Shown: positions 8,833 through 18,525, counted from the stretch's first letter. The stretch: 38,177 nt of DNA from an uncultured Nitrososphaerota archaeon (GCA_964628995.1 CAZVPA010000001.1:26606-64782), one strand, 5' to 3'. Notes: a model not told the origin generated them from the letters alone. Program-made: numbers and translations.

Positions 8833-11800
8833 GTGAGGTCTGTCATCATATGTATGTTGGTAATTGTGTTGTTGTTCTATCCATATAGCCATGTAATATA
8901 TGGTCTGAGTATTGCTGGTGTGGAAAACAAAAGCATCGGTAAAGGGGATTTGGGAAGTAGGAGTTTTTCATCGGGCATTATTGATGGATCCACAAATAGG
9001 CGGTCAATAAACACCACTACTAATAGTCGGGGTGACGAGATTGGAATATTCAGGATGGAGGGAAACCTCGGGAAGCTCACAGTAAGATATAGACCAAGAA
9101 TTCAGAGAAATCCTAGGAAGTGGACTTTTATGGTGTATTTGGATGCTGATAATAACCTTGAAGATGCTGGGATAGATGATTTCTTGGAGATGAGTTCAGT
9201 AGGATCAACGGACGATGTAGCCATTGTCGTATTATTTGATAGGACACCAGACTATGTAGACTATTATGGTGATTGGTCAGAGACTCTTCTATTCTATGTT
9301 GATAGTGGAGTACTACCATATCGTGAGAATGCAGAGGCAAGTTTTGGGGAGGCAAACATGGGTAACCCCCAGACATTGGTTGATTTTGTATCCTATGTGG
9401 TTTCTAATTATCCTGCCGACCATTATGCTTTGGTTTTGTGGGATCATGGGGGTGGGTTGAGCGGTGTGTGTTGGGATGACACCAATGGTGGGGATAACCT
9501 GAATCTCTTCGAGATAAGGAATGCATTAGAGACGGTATGCAAGGAATTGGGTATAAGAATTGATGTTGTCGGATTTGATGCATGCCTCATGGGGATGATG
9601 GAGGTAGCATACCAATTGAGGGATTATGTTGATTATGTAGTTTTTTCTCAAGAAGTAGAACCGGGGGATGGATGGCCTTACAATGATATACTTGATCCCC
9701 TTGTGTCAAATCCCTCCATGAGTCCGTCAGAGCTGGCATCGATGATCGCTCAAAAATATATAGAATCATATAACGGTGGAAGCCAAGGGTCTGTCGAGTG
9801 GGTAACACAGTCGGCTATAAATGTTTCATATCTAGCATTCCATGTTTTTAGTAAGATTAACAGGCTTGTTGGTGAATTGCTGAGATATTATGATGATTAT
9901 TCGTCGGCTATTTCGTCTGCTGTTGGAGATACTGAGAGTTTCTATTATTCTTACGAGAAAGATATGATTCATTTCCTCAAGCTTTTATATGATGATGTCA
10001 GCAATGAGAGTCTGAAAGCAATTATTAATGAAACAATATACGCAATAAATGGCTCAATCCTTTATGCTGGGCATTTATGGTATCATCCAAATGCTTATGG
10101 GCTCTCAGCATATTTCCCAAACTATTACTCGGAATCTTATGATGATATATTGATGTCCTTACACCACCAATGGAGTGAGTTTGCTAAGAGATTGGGGAGG
10201 AAGTATTCTAAGCTATGGTTTTATGATATTGACTTCAGGGGTTGGGACCGTGACTCTGACGGCTATTACGAAGTTGCCAAGGTGTATATTGATCTTGATG
10301 CAACAAGTGTTGTAGAGGTAGAAGTAGTGGTGTATGGGTATGATGGATCTACGGAATACAAGCTGGGGGAGCATAGCACTACCATAAATGGGTCAACGAG
10401 TAATGATGCCTTCCTGGTTTTCCTAAAATATATCCCAACGAAATCTATATATGTACTTAGGTTTGATGTTATGATGAGGAATGCTCCCTCTAGGGACCTA
10501 TATTATTACTGTGATGATGACGTGGTGGACATACCGCTGGAGGAGGCCCCGTGGGTGGAGATAGTATATCCAGAGAACGTCTCGGTTTTCAATGTTACCT
10601 CATTGACTATCAGATGGGAATACAGCAATGCAACGCCCCTAGATCATTTCGAGATAAGTCTTAATGGCTCTGCGTGGCTGGATGTGGGTGATCAGACAGA
10701 ATACGTATTAACGGACTTAACTGAGTCCCTATATGTTTTTAGTGTAAAGGCATGGGATATTTATGGTAATATTGTAAATAGTTCGGTGGTCTTTGGGATA
10801 GACTTTACACCCCCGATGGTGAGTATTATATCTCCCCTGAACCATACTGTGGCTACATCAGTATTCGTAGACATAGTGTGGGAAGGTTGGGATAACCTCC
10901 TTATAGATCACTACCAAGTAAAGGTCGATGATAGGGAATGGGTGGATGTGGGCTTGTCGCAGAGATATACCCCAGTACTTGCTGAAGGGAGCCATGTGGC
11001 AACGGTTAGGGTATATGATAAAGCTGGATATTGGAGTGAGAGTAGGATTATATTCGTTGTTGATATTTCTGGCCCACAAGTCAAGATCAGGAATCCCCGG
11101 GCAGGTCTTAAAGTTGGCCAGGTGGTTAACGTATCATGGCTGGTGAATGATATAGCGAGTGGGGTTTCTAGAGTTGAACTATATCTGGATGATTCACTAA
11201 AGGCTGTGTTCTTGGAGGGAGTAAATATGTCGTCTTGGTTTATTATTTCTGGTCTCAGCATCAATGCTAGGCATGTGGTTAAGGTGGTCGCCTATGACAA
11301 TGCAGGATTTACTGGTTCAGATGAGATAGAGGTGGATACTGTGCCTCTTGAACTATCCATAGAGGAACCAGTTGGCAATGTTATTGTGGATAGGTCTTGG
11401 TTTATTCTAGGTTGGAGATGTAGCAGGGATACGGCTACATTCCAAATATATGTGAATGGCACGAGAATCGCCGAGGTTGTTGGAAAGAATAGTCTTAACA
11501 TTAGTCTGGGTGAGGGGGTTTGGAATGTCTCTGTGGTTGCGGTAGATATGGATGGTATGGTGTTGGACTCGAAGATCATCGTGGTCGATATTTTGGGGCC
11601 ATATATAGAGATATTGTCCCCTCAAAACAATACGGTGATCGAGTCTAGGGACCTAACGGTCAGGTGGCGGGTGGATGATATTTCTGGGGTAAAGAATGTA
11701 TCCATAAGAATAGATCAGGAAGAATGGATTAATGTTACTGGTAGGGATACGTATACGTTTAAGAATCTTACTGTCGGGGAGCATGTGATAGAACTTGAGG

Positions 11801-11973
11801 CATGGGATGGCGTAAATCACTCAAGTAAGGTTGTACTAGTAGTAGTTGTTAGAGAAGGGCTGAGTACAGGGTATGGTAGTGCTATCTGGTTAATCCTTGG
11901 TGTTCTTATAGTATTGGTATCTCTCGTGGTATTCATGATTAGAAGGAAAAAACATAGAGGAACCAGAGAATAA
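8833..11973 (+). CDS. membrane-anchored surface protein with clostripain-like (peptidase C11) domain and five Ig-like repeats
   Basis: N-terminal signal/TM segment. C11-like His/Cys dyad context: MVYLDADNNLE, VVLFDR, LVLWDHGGG, VGFDACLMG. Many N-x-S/T sequons. C-terminal TM AIWLILGVLIVLVSLVVFMI followed by RRKKHR. The start could be ATG 8851. Confidence 0.7.
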   Translation: MRSVIICMLVIVLLFYPYSHVIYGLSIAGVENKSIGKGDLGSRSFSSGIIDGSTNRRSINTTTNSRGDEIGIFRMEGNLGKLTVRYRPRIQRNPRKWTFMVYLDADNNLEDAGIDDFLEMSSVGSTDDVAIVVLFDRTPDYVDYYGDWSETLLFYVDSGVLPYRENAEASFGEANMGNPQTLVDFVSYVVSNYPADHYALVLWDHGGGLSGVCWDDTNGGDNLNLFEIRNALETVCKELGIRIDVVGFDACLMGMMEVAYQLRDYVDYVVFSQEVEPGDGWPYNDILDPLVSNPSMSPSELASMIAQKYIESYNGGSQGSVEWVTQSAINVSYLAFHVFSKINRLVGELLRYYDDYSSAISSAVGDTESFYYSYEKDMIHFLKLLYDDVSNESLKAIINETIYAINGSILYAGHLWYHPNAYGLSAYFPNYYSESYDDILMSLHHQWSEFAKRLGRKYSKLWFYDIDFRGWDRDSDGYYEVAKVYIDLDATSVVEVEVVVYGYDGSTEYKLGEHSTTINGSTSNDAFLVFLKYIPTKSIYVLRFDVMMRNAPSRDLYYYCDDDVVDIPLEEAPWVEIVYPENVSVFNVTSLTIRWEYSNATPLDHFEISLNGSAWLDVGDQTEYVLTDLTESLYVFSVKAWDIYGNIVNSSVVFGIDFTPPMVSIISPLNHTVATSVFVDIVWEGWDNLLIDHYQVKVDDREWVDVGLSQRYTPVLAEGSHVATVRVYDKAGYWSESRIIFVVDISGPQVKIRNPRAGLKVGQVVNVSWLVNDIASGVSRVELYLDDSLKAVFLEGVNMSSWFIISGLSINARHVVKVVAYDNAGFTGSDEIEVDTVPLELSIEEPVGNVIVDRSWFILGWRCSRDTATFQIYVNGTRIAEVVGKNSLNISLGEGVWNVSVVAVDMDGMVLDSKIIVVDILGPYIEILSPQNNTVIESRDLTVRWRVDDISGVKNVSIRIDQEEWINVTGRDTYTFKNLTVGEHVIELEAWDGVNHSSKVVLVVVVREGLSTGYGSAIWLILGVLIVLVSLVVFMIRRKKHRGTRE
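10555..11850 (+). repeat. five tandem ~85-90-aa Ig-like domain repeats at protein level, inside the surface protease gene
   Basis: Recurring pattern [IV]xIxxPxNxTV...[VL]x[IV]xWxxxD...[hydrophobic]xxxE[IV]xLxG..W..V......Y.F.L..G.H.[IV].V.A.D..GN....[IV][IV]..[VI]D..xP, seen five times in the translation. Confidence 0.6.
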
Positions 11974-12108
11974 ATTGATCCTGTAAAGCATGGAAGAATT
12001 GTAATTTTGTCTCTATCAATATTGGTAATAATCTATGCTAAAGATTAGTATATACAAATAAATATATTCCATTTTTTTGAAGATTCGTGGTAGGTAGGTG
12101 TTGCCGAC

Positions 12109-13494
12109 ATGGAGAAAAGGCTATCTAAGGAGGAATTGCTCAAGAAGGCTAAGGTGTGGTTCGAGGTTGCAGAGAAGCTTCATAAGCTATATAGGGGTAA
12201 GCTTATGGTCATGCCCCGTTGTGCGATAGAAAGTTATGACGATTTCGCGTGGACATATACTCCTGGTGTGGCTGAACCATGCAAGATTATCCATAAGGAT
12301 GTGGAGCAAGTATGGTGGTATACAGCACGATGGAATTATGCTGCTGTTGTATCTGATGGATCTCGCGTACTTGGCCTAGGGAAGATAGGCCCAGAAGCCG
12401 GGTTGCCTGTGATGGAAGGAAAAGCGGTCTTATTCAAGTATCTCGGTGGTGTTGATGCTTTTCCGCTTGTAACAAGGGCCAATACTGTAGATGAAATGGT
12501 AAAGTTTCTTGAGTGGATAGAACCAAATTTTGGTGCTATCAATCTGGAGGATATAGAAAAGCCAAAATGTTTTGATGTTTTGGAGGAGGCTAGAAAGAGG
12601 CTACAAATATGTGTTTGGCATGATGACCAACAAGGTACAGCGACTGTGGTATATGCAGGGCTAAAAAATGCGTTAAAGATCGTCGGGAAGAAACTTGATG
12701 AGGTAAAAATAGTCTTCTTTGGATTTGGTGCAGCGAATAAGAAGTGTGCTGATGTCTTATTGCTTGCAGGCGCAAAGCCCGAAAACATGATTATTGTTGA
12801 TTCTAAAGGCGCACTAGGCCTACATAGGAAGGACTGTGAGGGTACATATAAATGGTGGTGGTGTGAGCGTACAAATCCTGAGGGGGTGGTGGGAGGTATT
12901 AGAGAGGCTCTAAAGGATGCAGATGTACTCATAGCTATGAGTAAGCCTGGACCGGGCGTTATCAAGAAGGAGGATGTCGCGCAGATGAATCAGGATGCGA
13001 TAGTATTTGTATGTGCGAATCCGATTCCCGAAATGTGGCCATGGGAGGCAAAGGAGGCTGGTGCTCGAATAGTGGCGACAGGCCGTAGTGATTTCCCTAA
13101 TCAGATAAACAATAGTCTTGGTTTTCCAGCAATATTCCGTGGCTGTCTTGATGTTATGGCCAAGACTGTAACGGACGAAATGTGTGTGGCTGCTGGTGAC
13201 GCTATTGCTGAGTATACGGAGAAACATGGAAAATTTGAACTAAGTGAAGACTATATTATTGCTAGAATGGATGAGCCTGGGCTTTTCCCATATGAGGCGG
13301 CAGCGTGTGCTATGCAAGCGGTTAAGCAGGGGGTTGCTCGCCGTACAACCACATGGAAGGAAGAGTACGAGCGTGCTAAGGAGATTATTGATTGGAGCCA
13401 AAAAATGCTCAATGTGCTCATCGATGCGGGTATAATATCTCGCATTCCTGATGATATAAAGGCTCTTTATGTTAGGAGCAAGAAGGGAGAATAG
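12109..13494 (+). CDS. NAD(P)-dependent malic enzyme (malate dehydrogenase, oxaloacetate-decarboxylating)
   Basis: YTPGVAEPC, VVSDGSRVLGLGKIGPEAGLPVMEGKAVLFK, NLEDI, FHDDQQGTA-like WHDDQQGTA, GFGAAN, FVCANP. Confidence 0.9.
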   Translation: MEKRLSKEELLKKAKVWFEVAEKLHKLYRGKLMVMPRCAIESYDDFAWTYTPGVAEPCKIIHKDVEQVWWYTARWNYAAVVSDGSRVLGLGKIGPEAGLPVMEGKAVLFKYLGGVDAFPLVTRANTVDEMVKFLEWIEPNFGAINLEDIEKPKCFDVLEEARKRLQICVWHDDQQGTATVVYAGLKNALKIVGKKLDEVKIVFFGFGAANKKCADVLLLAGAKPENMIIVDSKGALGLHRKDCEGTYKWWWCERTNPEGVVGGIREALKDADVLIAMSKPGPGVIKKEDVAQMNQDAIVFVCANPIPEMWPWEAKEAGARIVATGRSDFPNQINNSLGFPAIFRGCLDVMAKTVTDEMCVAAGDAIAEYTEKHGKFELSEDYIIARMDEPGLFPYEAAACAMQAVKQGVARRTTTWKEEYERAKEIIDWSQKMLNVLIDAGIISRIPDDIKALYVRSKKGE

Positions 13495-13498
13495 TCTC

Positions 13499-13512
13499 CT
13501 ATTTTTTATTTG
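13499..13512 (+). terminator. T-tract, putative archaeal intrinsic terminator after malic enzyme
   Basis: cctATTTTTTATTTg lies immediately after stop codon 13492-13494. Confidence 0.35.
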
Positions 13513-13631
13513 AGGTTATATCGGGTAATTAGATAATATCACCATACTACTATTTCTGCTTTTCTGTTTGCTGAAACAATTATATTGGGAGCTCCTCACG
13601 ATCAGTAGGTATATATATCGATAATACTCGT

Positions 13632-15863
13632 GTGTATGGTGGTGAATACATATTGGAGAGCACTATCCGATATAGAATTCTAAAGAATAAGTATGTGGCA
13701 ATTTCATTCAGCAACATTTTATCCAAAAATGCATTAATTTTGTGCCAAGTCGCTCAATATGCGACCAATAGGCTGTCTATGTCCAGAGAGTATGTTGACT
13801 TACTTAGAAATATGATTATGAGACTTGGAGAATTTTGTAGAAATATTTTTATAGTACTGCAAAAGAGAGATGATATTATCAACTGTTATCTGGTATTGTA
13901 CCTAAGATCGCTCCTATCTAGGAGTCTTAAGGACAAAATTAGACAAGCTATTGCTTGGTTGGAAAGTTTTGCAGAGTTGTCTGGTATTCGATTCACATTT
14001 ATGGATTATAAATCTATTCGTAGTCTCTTGTCTTTTCTTACAACAAAAAAACGAGTAACATGGTATTCGGGGGGTATGGAGATACTGCCATCTGGTGGGA
14101 ATAAATCAGCATTCGCACCAAAAAATATATCTTTCTATGGTGCCCTTGCGAGATACTCGGTTGATACCGTTGATCTGAATCTTTTGTCTTCCGATTTTAT
14201 TCATAATGGACGATTTATAATATTTGGACTCGATTCTTACTCTCTGAGAACCGCGGTGAGCCGGGCGATGGGGCGTACTCTCAATAAATATGCTATTATG
14301 AATAATGGATTAAGCAGAGAAGCATATCCGCGGGATCAACTTTATCAGGTAAAAGTTAGGATAATACTTGGTTCAGGGGGGGAGATAACTGAGATAACAA
14401 GTATGTCGACGAGTAGTGATAGCTCAGAGAAAATTATGTGGCTTCCTATGGCGGTTATTCCCCATAGGATCAGATATAATGTTATGAGAAACAATGATTG
14501 TGGTCTCTTGACACTCTTTCGTGTATTTATCGATGAGAAACCCCATATAACAATAAAGGCAGATATAGAGGTACTCACATACTTTATTTCTCTATTATTC
14601 CATATCCTAATGCTTGCAAAGAAGAGAAGAATATATATGCCGGTTCTGGATATTCAGGATGAAGCGACCAAAGGCGAGATACACATTGGTTGGCAGCTTC
14701 AGTCAGGAGAACCAATAGCCCCTTTTTATCTCAAACTTGTTGACATCCAACGTCATATATTGATTCTTGGCAGAACCGGCATGGGGAAGTCAAGGTTGGC
14801 AAGAATAATAGTTGAAGGGCTCCTTGCTGAACAATACAGCAAGGTGTGGATCTTTGATTTCCATAGGGAATACATCGACTTAGCGTCGAGATATGGCTTT
14901 GAGGTATTTATACCAGGGACATTAGAATATCCTCTAATGATAAATATTTTTGAAAGTATTGGTGAAAACCCCGAGTCCTACTCCACATTCCTAATGTCCC
15001 TTCTTCTCGAGACCATAAAGTTGAGGGGTGGTGAGGTCTCAGCACAAATGGAAAGAGCTCTCTCATATGCATTATGGTCTACAGTAACTGGAGACGAACC
15101 CAGCCCCCTCACATTCCTCAGGAATTTACTTAAATGGTGTAAGGAAGTAGAATCTGATTTACCAACGGCACTATATACGTTCTATGCCGTTATAAATAGG
15201 CTTAAGTCCATATTTTCTGGGATAAGCAGGAACATATTTTGGGTCAAAAGAAGCAACATACATATTAACGAACTAAGAAATAAGAATGTGATTTTTGATT
15301 TATCCTTCCTATTTAAGCGGAATCTCAAGAGAGAAATATTATTGCTCATAAATGTATTACTTCGTTACCTTGTAATGGATATGTTTCGGGAAGGTATAAA
15401 CAACAATAATAGGCCAAAATTATGTCTTGTGGTCGAGGAAGGGCGTTACCTCATGCCGTGGAGAAGAATGGAATCCTCAATGGAAACAACAGCCATGGAG
15501 GATTTTGCGACACTAGCTAGGAAATATGGTTTGGGGCTTGTGGTTATCTCACAATCACCCTACACGATAAGTCCAGACATAATTTCAAATGCTGGAACAC
15601 TATTCATGATGAATGCGGAGATCCCAGAACACGAGCACATAATCTCCGGAGATGAGCAATTGAGGAGATATATCCAAATAATGCCACCAAGGGAGGCAAT
15701 AGTGAGACTGACATCCAGTCCAGCGCTGATCCATATTAGGGTAAGAGAGATAGAGCCGGATTTAGCATCCGAACCAATAATCCAAAGATCGCGCAGGGAA
15801 GATACAGAAAGATATCTGATAGAAATACCCTTCGAGGAGTACATAAAAAGCATTCTCACATAG
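13632..15863 (+). CDS. HerA/FtsK-superfamily (DUF87-type) P-loop ATPase with uncharacterised ~360-aa N-terminal region
   Basis: Walker A ILILGRTGMGKS (nt 14769-14792), WIFDFHREY, Walker B LCLVVEEGRYL, ARKYGLGLVVISQSP...NAGTLFMM. GTG start; the true start is uncertain (a Met at codon 50 is also possible). Confidence 0.6.
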   Translation: MYGGEYILESTIRYRILKNKYVAISFSNILSKNALILCQVAQYATNRLSMSREYVDLLRNMIMRLGEFCRNIFIVLQKRDDIINCYLVLYLRSLLSRSLKDKIRQAIAWLESFAELSGIRFTFMDYKSIRSLLSFLTTKKRVTWYSGGMEILPSGGNKSAFAPKNISFYGALARYSVDTVDLNLLSSDFIHNGRFIIFGLDSYSLRTAVSRAMGRTLNKYAIMNNGLSREAYPRDQLYQVKVRIILGSGGEITEITSMSTSSDSSEKIMWLPMAVIPHRIRYNVMRNNDCGLLTLFRVFIDEKPHITIKADIEVLTYFISLLFHILMLAKKRRIYMPVLDIQDEATKGEIHIGWQLQSGEPIAPFYLKLVDIQRHILILGRTGMGKSRLARIIVEGLLAEQYSKVWIFDFHREYIDLASRYGFEVFIPGTLEYPLMINIFESIGENPESYSTFLMSLLLETIKLRGGEVSAQMERALSYALWSTVTGDEPSPLTFLRNLLKWCKEVESDLPTALYTFYAVINRLKSIFSGISRNIFWVKRSNIHINELRNKNVIFDLSFLFKRNLKREILLLINVLLRYLVMDMFREGINNNNRPKLCLVVEEGRYLMPWRRMESSMETTAMEDFATLARKYGLGLVVISQSPYTISPDIISNAGTLFMMNAEIPEHEHIISGDEQLRRYIQIMPPREAIVRLTSSPALIHIRVREIEPDLASEPIIQRSRREDTERYLIEIPFEEYIKSILT

Positions 15864-16110
15864 TGATAGAGCGATGGGTATTCATGAGAACAATTATTGT
15901 TCACTCATAAACCTTCAAGTATGTGAGGTAGGGACATACAACATATTTAAGAACGCACCTAACAATGTACATTTCGTGCTATCCAAGAGATACATACCAT
16001 GGTTGCCTAGATCTGGACAATACAAGTGATAGTGTTATATCATAAGAAGCTCGGTATTGCTTAATAACCCACACATCTAAGACTATTCCAAGAACAGAAC
16101 TTCCTGATCT

Positions 16111-16911
16111 TCATTCACTATCTTCGATCTCCACTTCCTTCGTAAGTTTAGAATGCAAGATCTTCCTCATGACCCGCCGGGGTAAGGCTACATCCTCCCT
16201 GCTCACCACAGCAGGCCGCAATAGCCTTATCCCAATACCATCCACAATGTCTATTTCCCATAGCCTTAAATCGTGATTGGTTTGTCTCATTTTTTCGATA
16301 ATTAGGTACCTCCGCAATCTTCCGCCTCTGATGAATCTCCTAAATCTTATTATACCATCCGCAACATGTTCAATACCAAAACCAAAGGCATCGCTCGTTG
16401 TTATGGCATATTGCGATGTAGCCAGAATAGTCATATTCCAGCGTGCTAATGTCCTCTTAACATAATAGGCATACTTCCGCGCCATCGCTGGCTTGTCCAA
16501 CCAAAAAGCAGACATAGAATCAATAACGACCCTAGCATGTTTATATCCAAACATCTTTTTGGCCTTTATTATCATAGAGACAAGAGTATCAACAGACAGC
16601 TTCAGTAGGGACCACTCATCAGACTTATCCCTCATAAGTCCATCAATCATTATTAGGTCCCCACGTGTCATATATTCCAGAAAATCCCAGCCAAACATCT
16701 CGGCCTGCCTAATGATGCTGTCCTTCGTCTCCTCGGTAGTAACATAGATCCCTGGTTCACCATTTTTTAATCCCTCCCATATGAAGTGCATGCAGAGAAT
16801 GGTCTTCCCGGTGCCTGGTTCTCCTGTCACAGCAACAAAGAATCTCTTGGGTATTCCGCCCCCTATCAGAGAGTCCAGTTTCGGGATCCCTATTGATATG
16901 CGTTCCAACAC
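16111..16911 (-). CDS. KaiC/RadA-like RecA-superfamily ATPase
   Basis: GIPKLDSLIGGGIPKRFFVAVTGEPGTGKTILCMHFIWEG, YVTTEE, Walker B-like RVVIDSMS. GTG start. Confidence 0.75.
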   Translation of the reverse strand: MLERISIGIPKLDSLIGGGIPKRFFVAVTGEPGTGKTILCMHFIWEGLKNGEPGIYVTTEETKDSIIRQAEMFGWDFLEYMTRGDLIMIDGLMRDKSDEWSLLKLSVDTLVSMIIKAKKMFGYKHARVVIDSMSAFWLDKPAMARKYAYYVKRTLARWNMTILATSQYAITTSDAFGFGIEHVADGIIRFRRFIRGGRLRRYLIIEKMRQTNHDLRLWEIDIVDGIGIRLLRPAVVSREDVALPRRVMRKILHSKLTKEVEIEDSE

Positions 16912-16936
16912 GGTGATCTACCACAAAAACAATATA

Positions 16937-16990
16937 TGTCAGACCTTTAGAGCTTCTTCATAAATCCGAAGAGGTCATCTCATCATCCAC
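16937..16990 (-). ncRNA. candidate C/D box sRNA (downstream copy of a tandem pair)
   Basis: Minus strand reads ATGATGA (C, 16986->16980) - 11 nt - CGGA (D') - ttt - ATGAAGA (C') - 12 nt (agctctaaaggt) - CTGA (D, 16942->16939). The terminal stem is weak. Confidence 0.45.
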
Positions 16991-16995
16991 CAACA

Positions 16996-17054
16996 ATACT
17001 CAGGAAAGCCGGGTTTCGTCATCGAGTCCGAGATCACCTCCCTCATCATCGTAT
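16996..17054 (-). ncRNA. candidate C/D box sRNA (upstream copy of a tandem pair)
   Basis: Minus strand reads atac-g-ATGATGA (C, 17049->17043) - 12 nt (gggaggtgatct) - CGGA (D') - ctcg - ATGACGA (C') - 12 nt (aacccggctttc) - CTGA (D, 17003->17000) - gtat. A 4-bp terminal stem atac/gtat is present. Confidence 0.55.
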
Positions 17055-17083
17055 ATTCCCAACAATACTCTAATAACTGAGAA

Positions 17084-17097
17084 TTTATATTATTTTC
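17084..17097 (-). promoter_or_regulatory. TATA-like element upstream of the tandem sRNA pair
   Basis: Minus strand reads aaaataatataaatt, about 30 nt upstream of the predicted sRNA 5' end. Confidence 0.3.
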
Positions 17098-17245
17098 CTG
17101 ATCTAGGAGGAACAGACCTTCATGGTTTTAGTTTTATTTGGTCTTTTAAAAATATTAAAGGGATGTAAGAGTATATGCCACAGAATTGGTGGATGTAGGC
17201 AAACAACATAATGATCAGATACGACCAGCAATGGGGTGAATAGAA

Positions 17246-18511
17246 GTGCCCAAACTTGCATTTTTAGGAGGCGCGAGAAAAATAGGGGCATCAGCAATCG
17301 CTCTGGAAATAAATAATGATATCATACTCTTGGATTATGGCTCGTCTCCCGATGCGAAAAAACCCGACCTACCAATGAAGGTTGATGTATCCAGAGTGGT
17401 GGCAACAGTAATAACACATGCGCATATTGACCATAGTGGTGCGGTTCCATGGTTATTTGTATCAGCGTACAAACCAATGGTCATAGCCACACCGCTCACA
17501 CTTGAGTTATCAGAGTTACTCATCAGGGATATGATAAAGATATCTGGTAAAAGGCTCCCATTTGGAATACCAGAACTCCAAGAGATGATGTCCTCGTCAG
17601 TACCACTGAAGTATAATTCTAAGATAAAGATCTTTGATGACTGTACAGTGACGTTGCTGAATGCGGGCCATATACCTGGCTCAGCATCCGTAGTCGTTGA
17701 GTTGGCTGGGAAGAAAATATGGTACACTAGCGATATCAATCTAACTGATGCGTGGCTTACACGTGCTGCCGAGATAGTTACTGACGCTGACATTGTGATT
17801 ATGGAAGCCACATACTCATATAAGGATCATCCAGAGAGAAAATCAGAGGAAAGAAAGCTTGTATCCGTGGCGAAGGAAATTGTTGAGAATAATGGTGTGG
17901 TACTAATCCCAGCATTTTCTGTTGGTAGATCCCAAGAAGTATTGGTTTCCCTAATCGCGTATGGATTTGATAGAACCATAGTGCTGGATGGTATGTCCCA
18001 GATAGCTACGAATATCCTCCTAGCATATCCAGAACATATCTATAATTGGATGGCCCTAAAAAAAGCCGCTGAGAGGGCTAGGTGGATGAGGAGTATCAAG
18101 GAGAGGAAAAAGCTTGTTGAAAAACCAGTCGCAATAGTCGCCCCCGCTGGTATGTTGCTTGGTGGTTGGAGCAGGTGGTACTTGAAAAAAATCTTTGGGG
18201 ATGATAAAAATGGAATATTGTTCGTATCCTACCAAGTCCCGGGCACACTAGGATACCGTGTCCTCAATGAGAGAAAAATCTATCATGATGGAAGGGAGAT
18301 GGAGGTAAGTGCTCATGTAGATTATTTTGATTTATCATCGCACGCAGGTAGGAGCCAGCTACGATATATACTATCTAAACTCGAATCCCCAGAAAAAATA
18401 TTTCTCGTCCATGGAGAGGAGGAGAGAATAGTTGCTTTTGCTCAGGAGATATCTGACGATTTTGGTTTTGATGTTGAGGCACCAGCGATTGGGGATACAT
18501 ACAGAATCTAG
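17246..18511 (+). CDS. metallo-beta-lactamase fold beta-CASP ribonuclease (aCPSF2-like)
   Basis: HxHxDH motif VITHAHIDHSG, beta-CASP motif A PAFSVGRSQE, motif B DLSSHAG, motif C LVHGE. GTG start. Confidence 0.85.
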   Translation: MPKLAFLGGARKIGASAIALEINNDIILLDYGSSPDAKKPDLPMKVDVSRVVATVITHAHIDHSGAVPWLFVSAYKPMVIATPLTLELSELLIRDMIKISGKRLPFGIPELQEMMSSSVPLKYNSKIKIFDDCTVTLLNAGHIPGSASVVVELAGKKIWYTSDINLTDAWLTRAAEIVTDADIVIMEATYSYKDHPERKSEERKLVSVAKEIVENNGVVLIPAFSVGRSQEVLVSLIAYGFDRTIVLDGMSQIATNILLAYPEHIYNWMALKKAAERARWMRSIKERKKLVEKPVAIVAPAGMLLGGWSRWYLKKIFGDDKNGILFVSYQVPGTLGYRVLNERKIYHDGREMEVSAHVDYFDLSSHAGRSQLRYILSKLESPEKIFLVHGEEERIVAFAQEISDDFGFDVEAPAIGDTYRI

Positions 18512-18525
18512 CGAGACGCTTAAGA

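Noticed and set aside
12336-12965. 209-aa minus-strand ORF
   Set aside because: It is fully antisense to the strongly supported malic enzyme gene, has Ser/Pro/Thr-rich low-complexity translation and carries no motifs.
17103-17297. 64-aa minus-strand ORF in the sRNA / beta-CASP intergenic region
   Set aside because: It overlaps the start of the beta-CASP gene and the A/T-rich promoter region, is short and has no motif.
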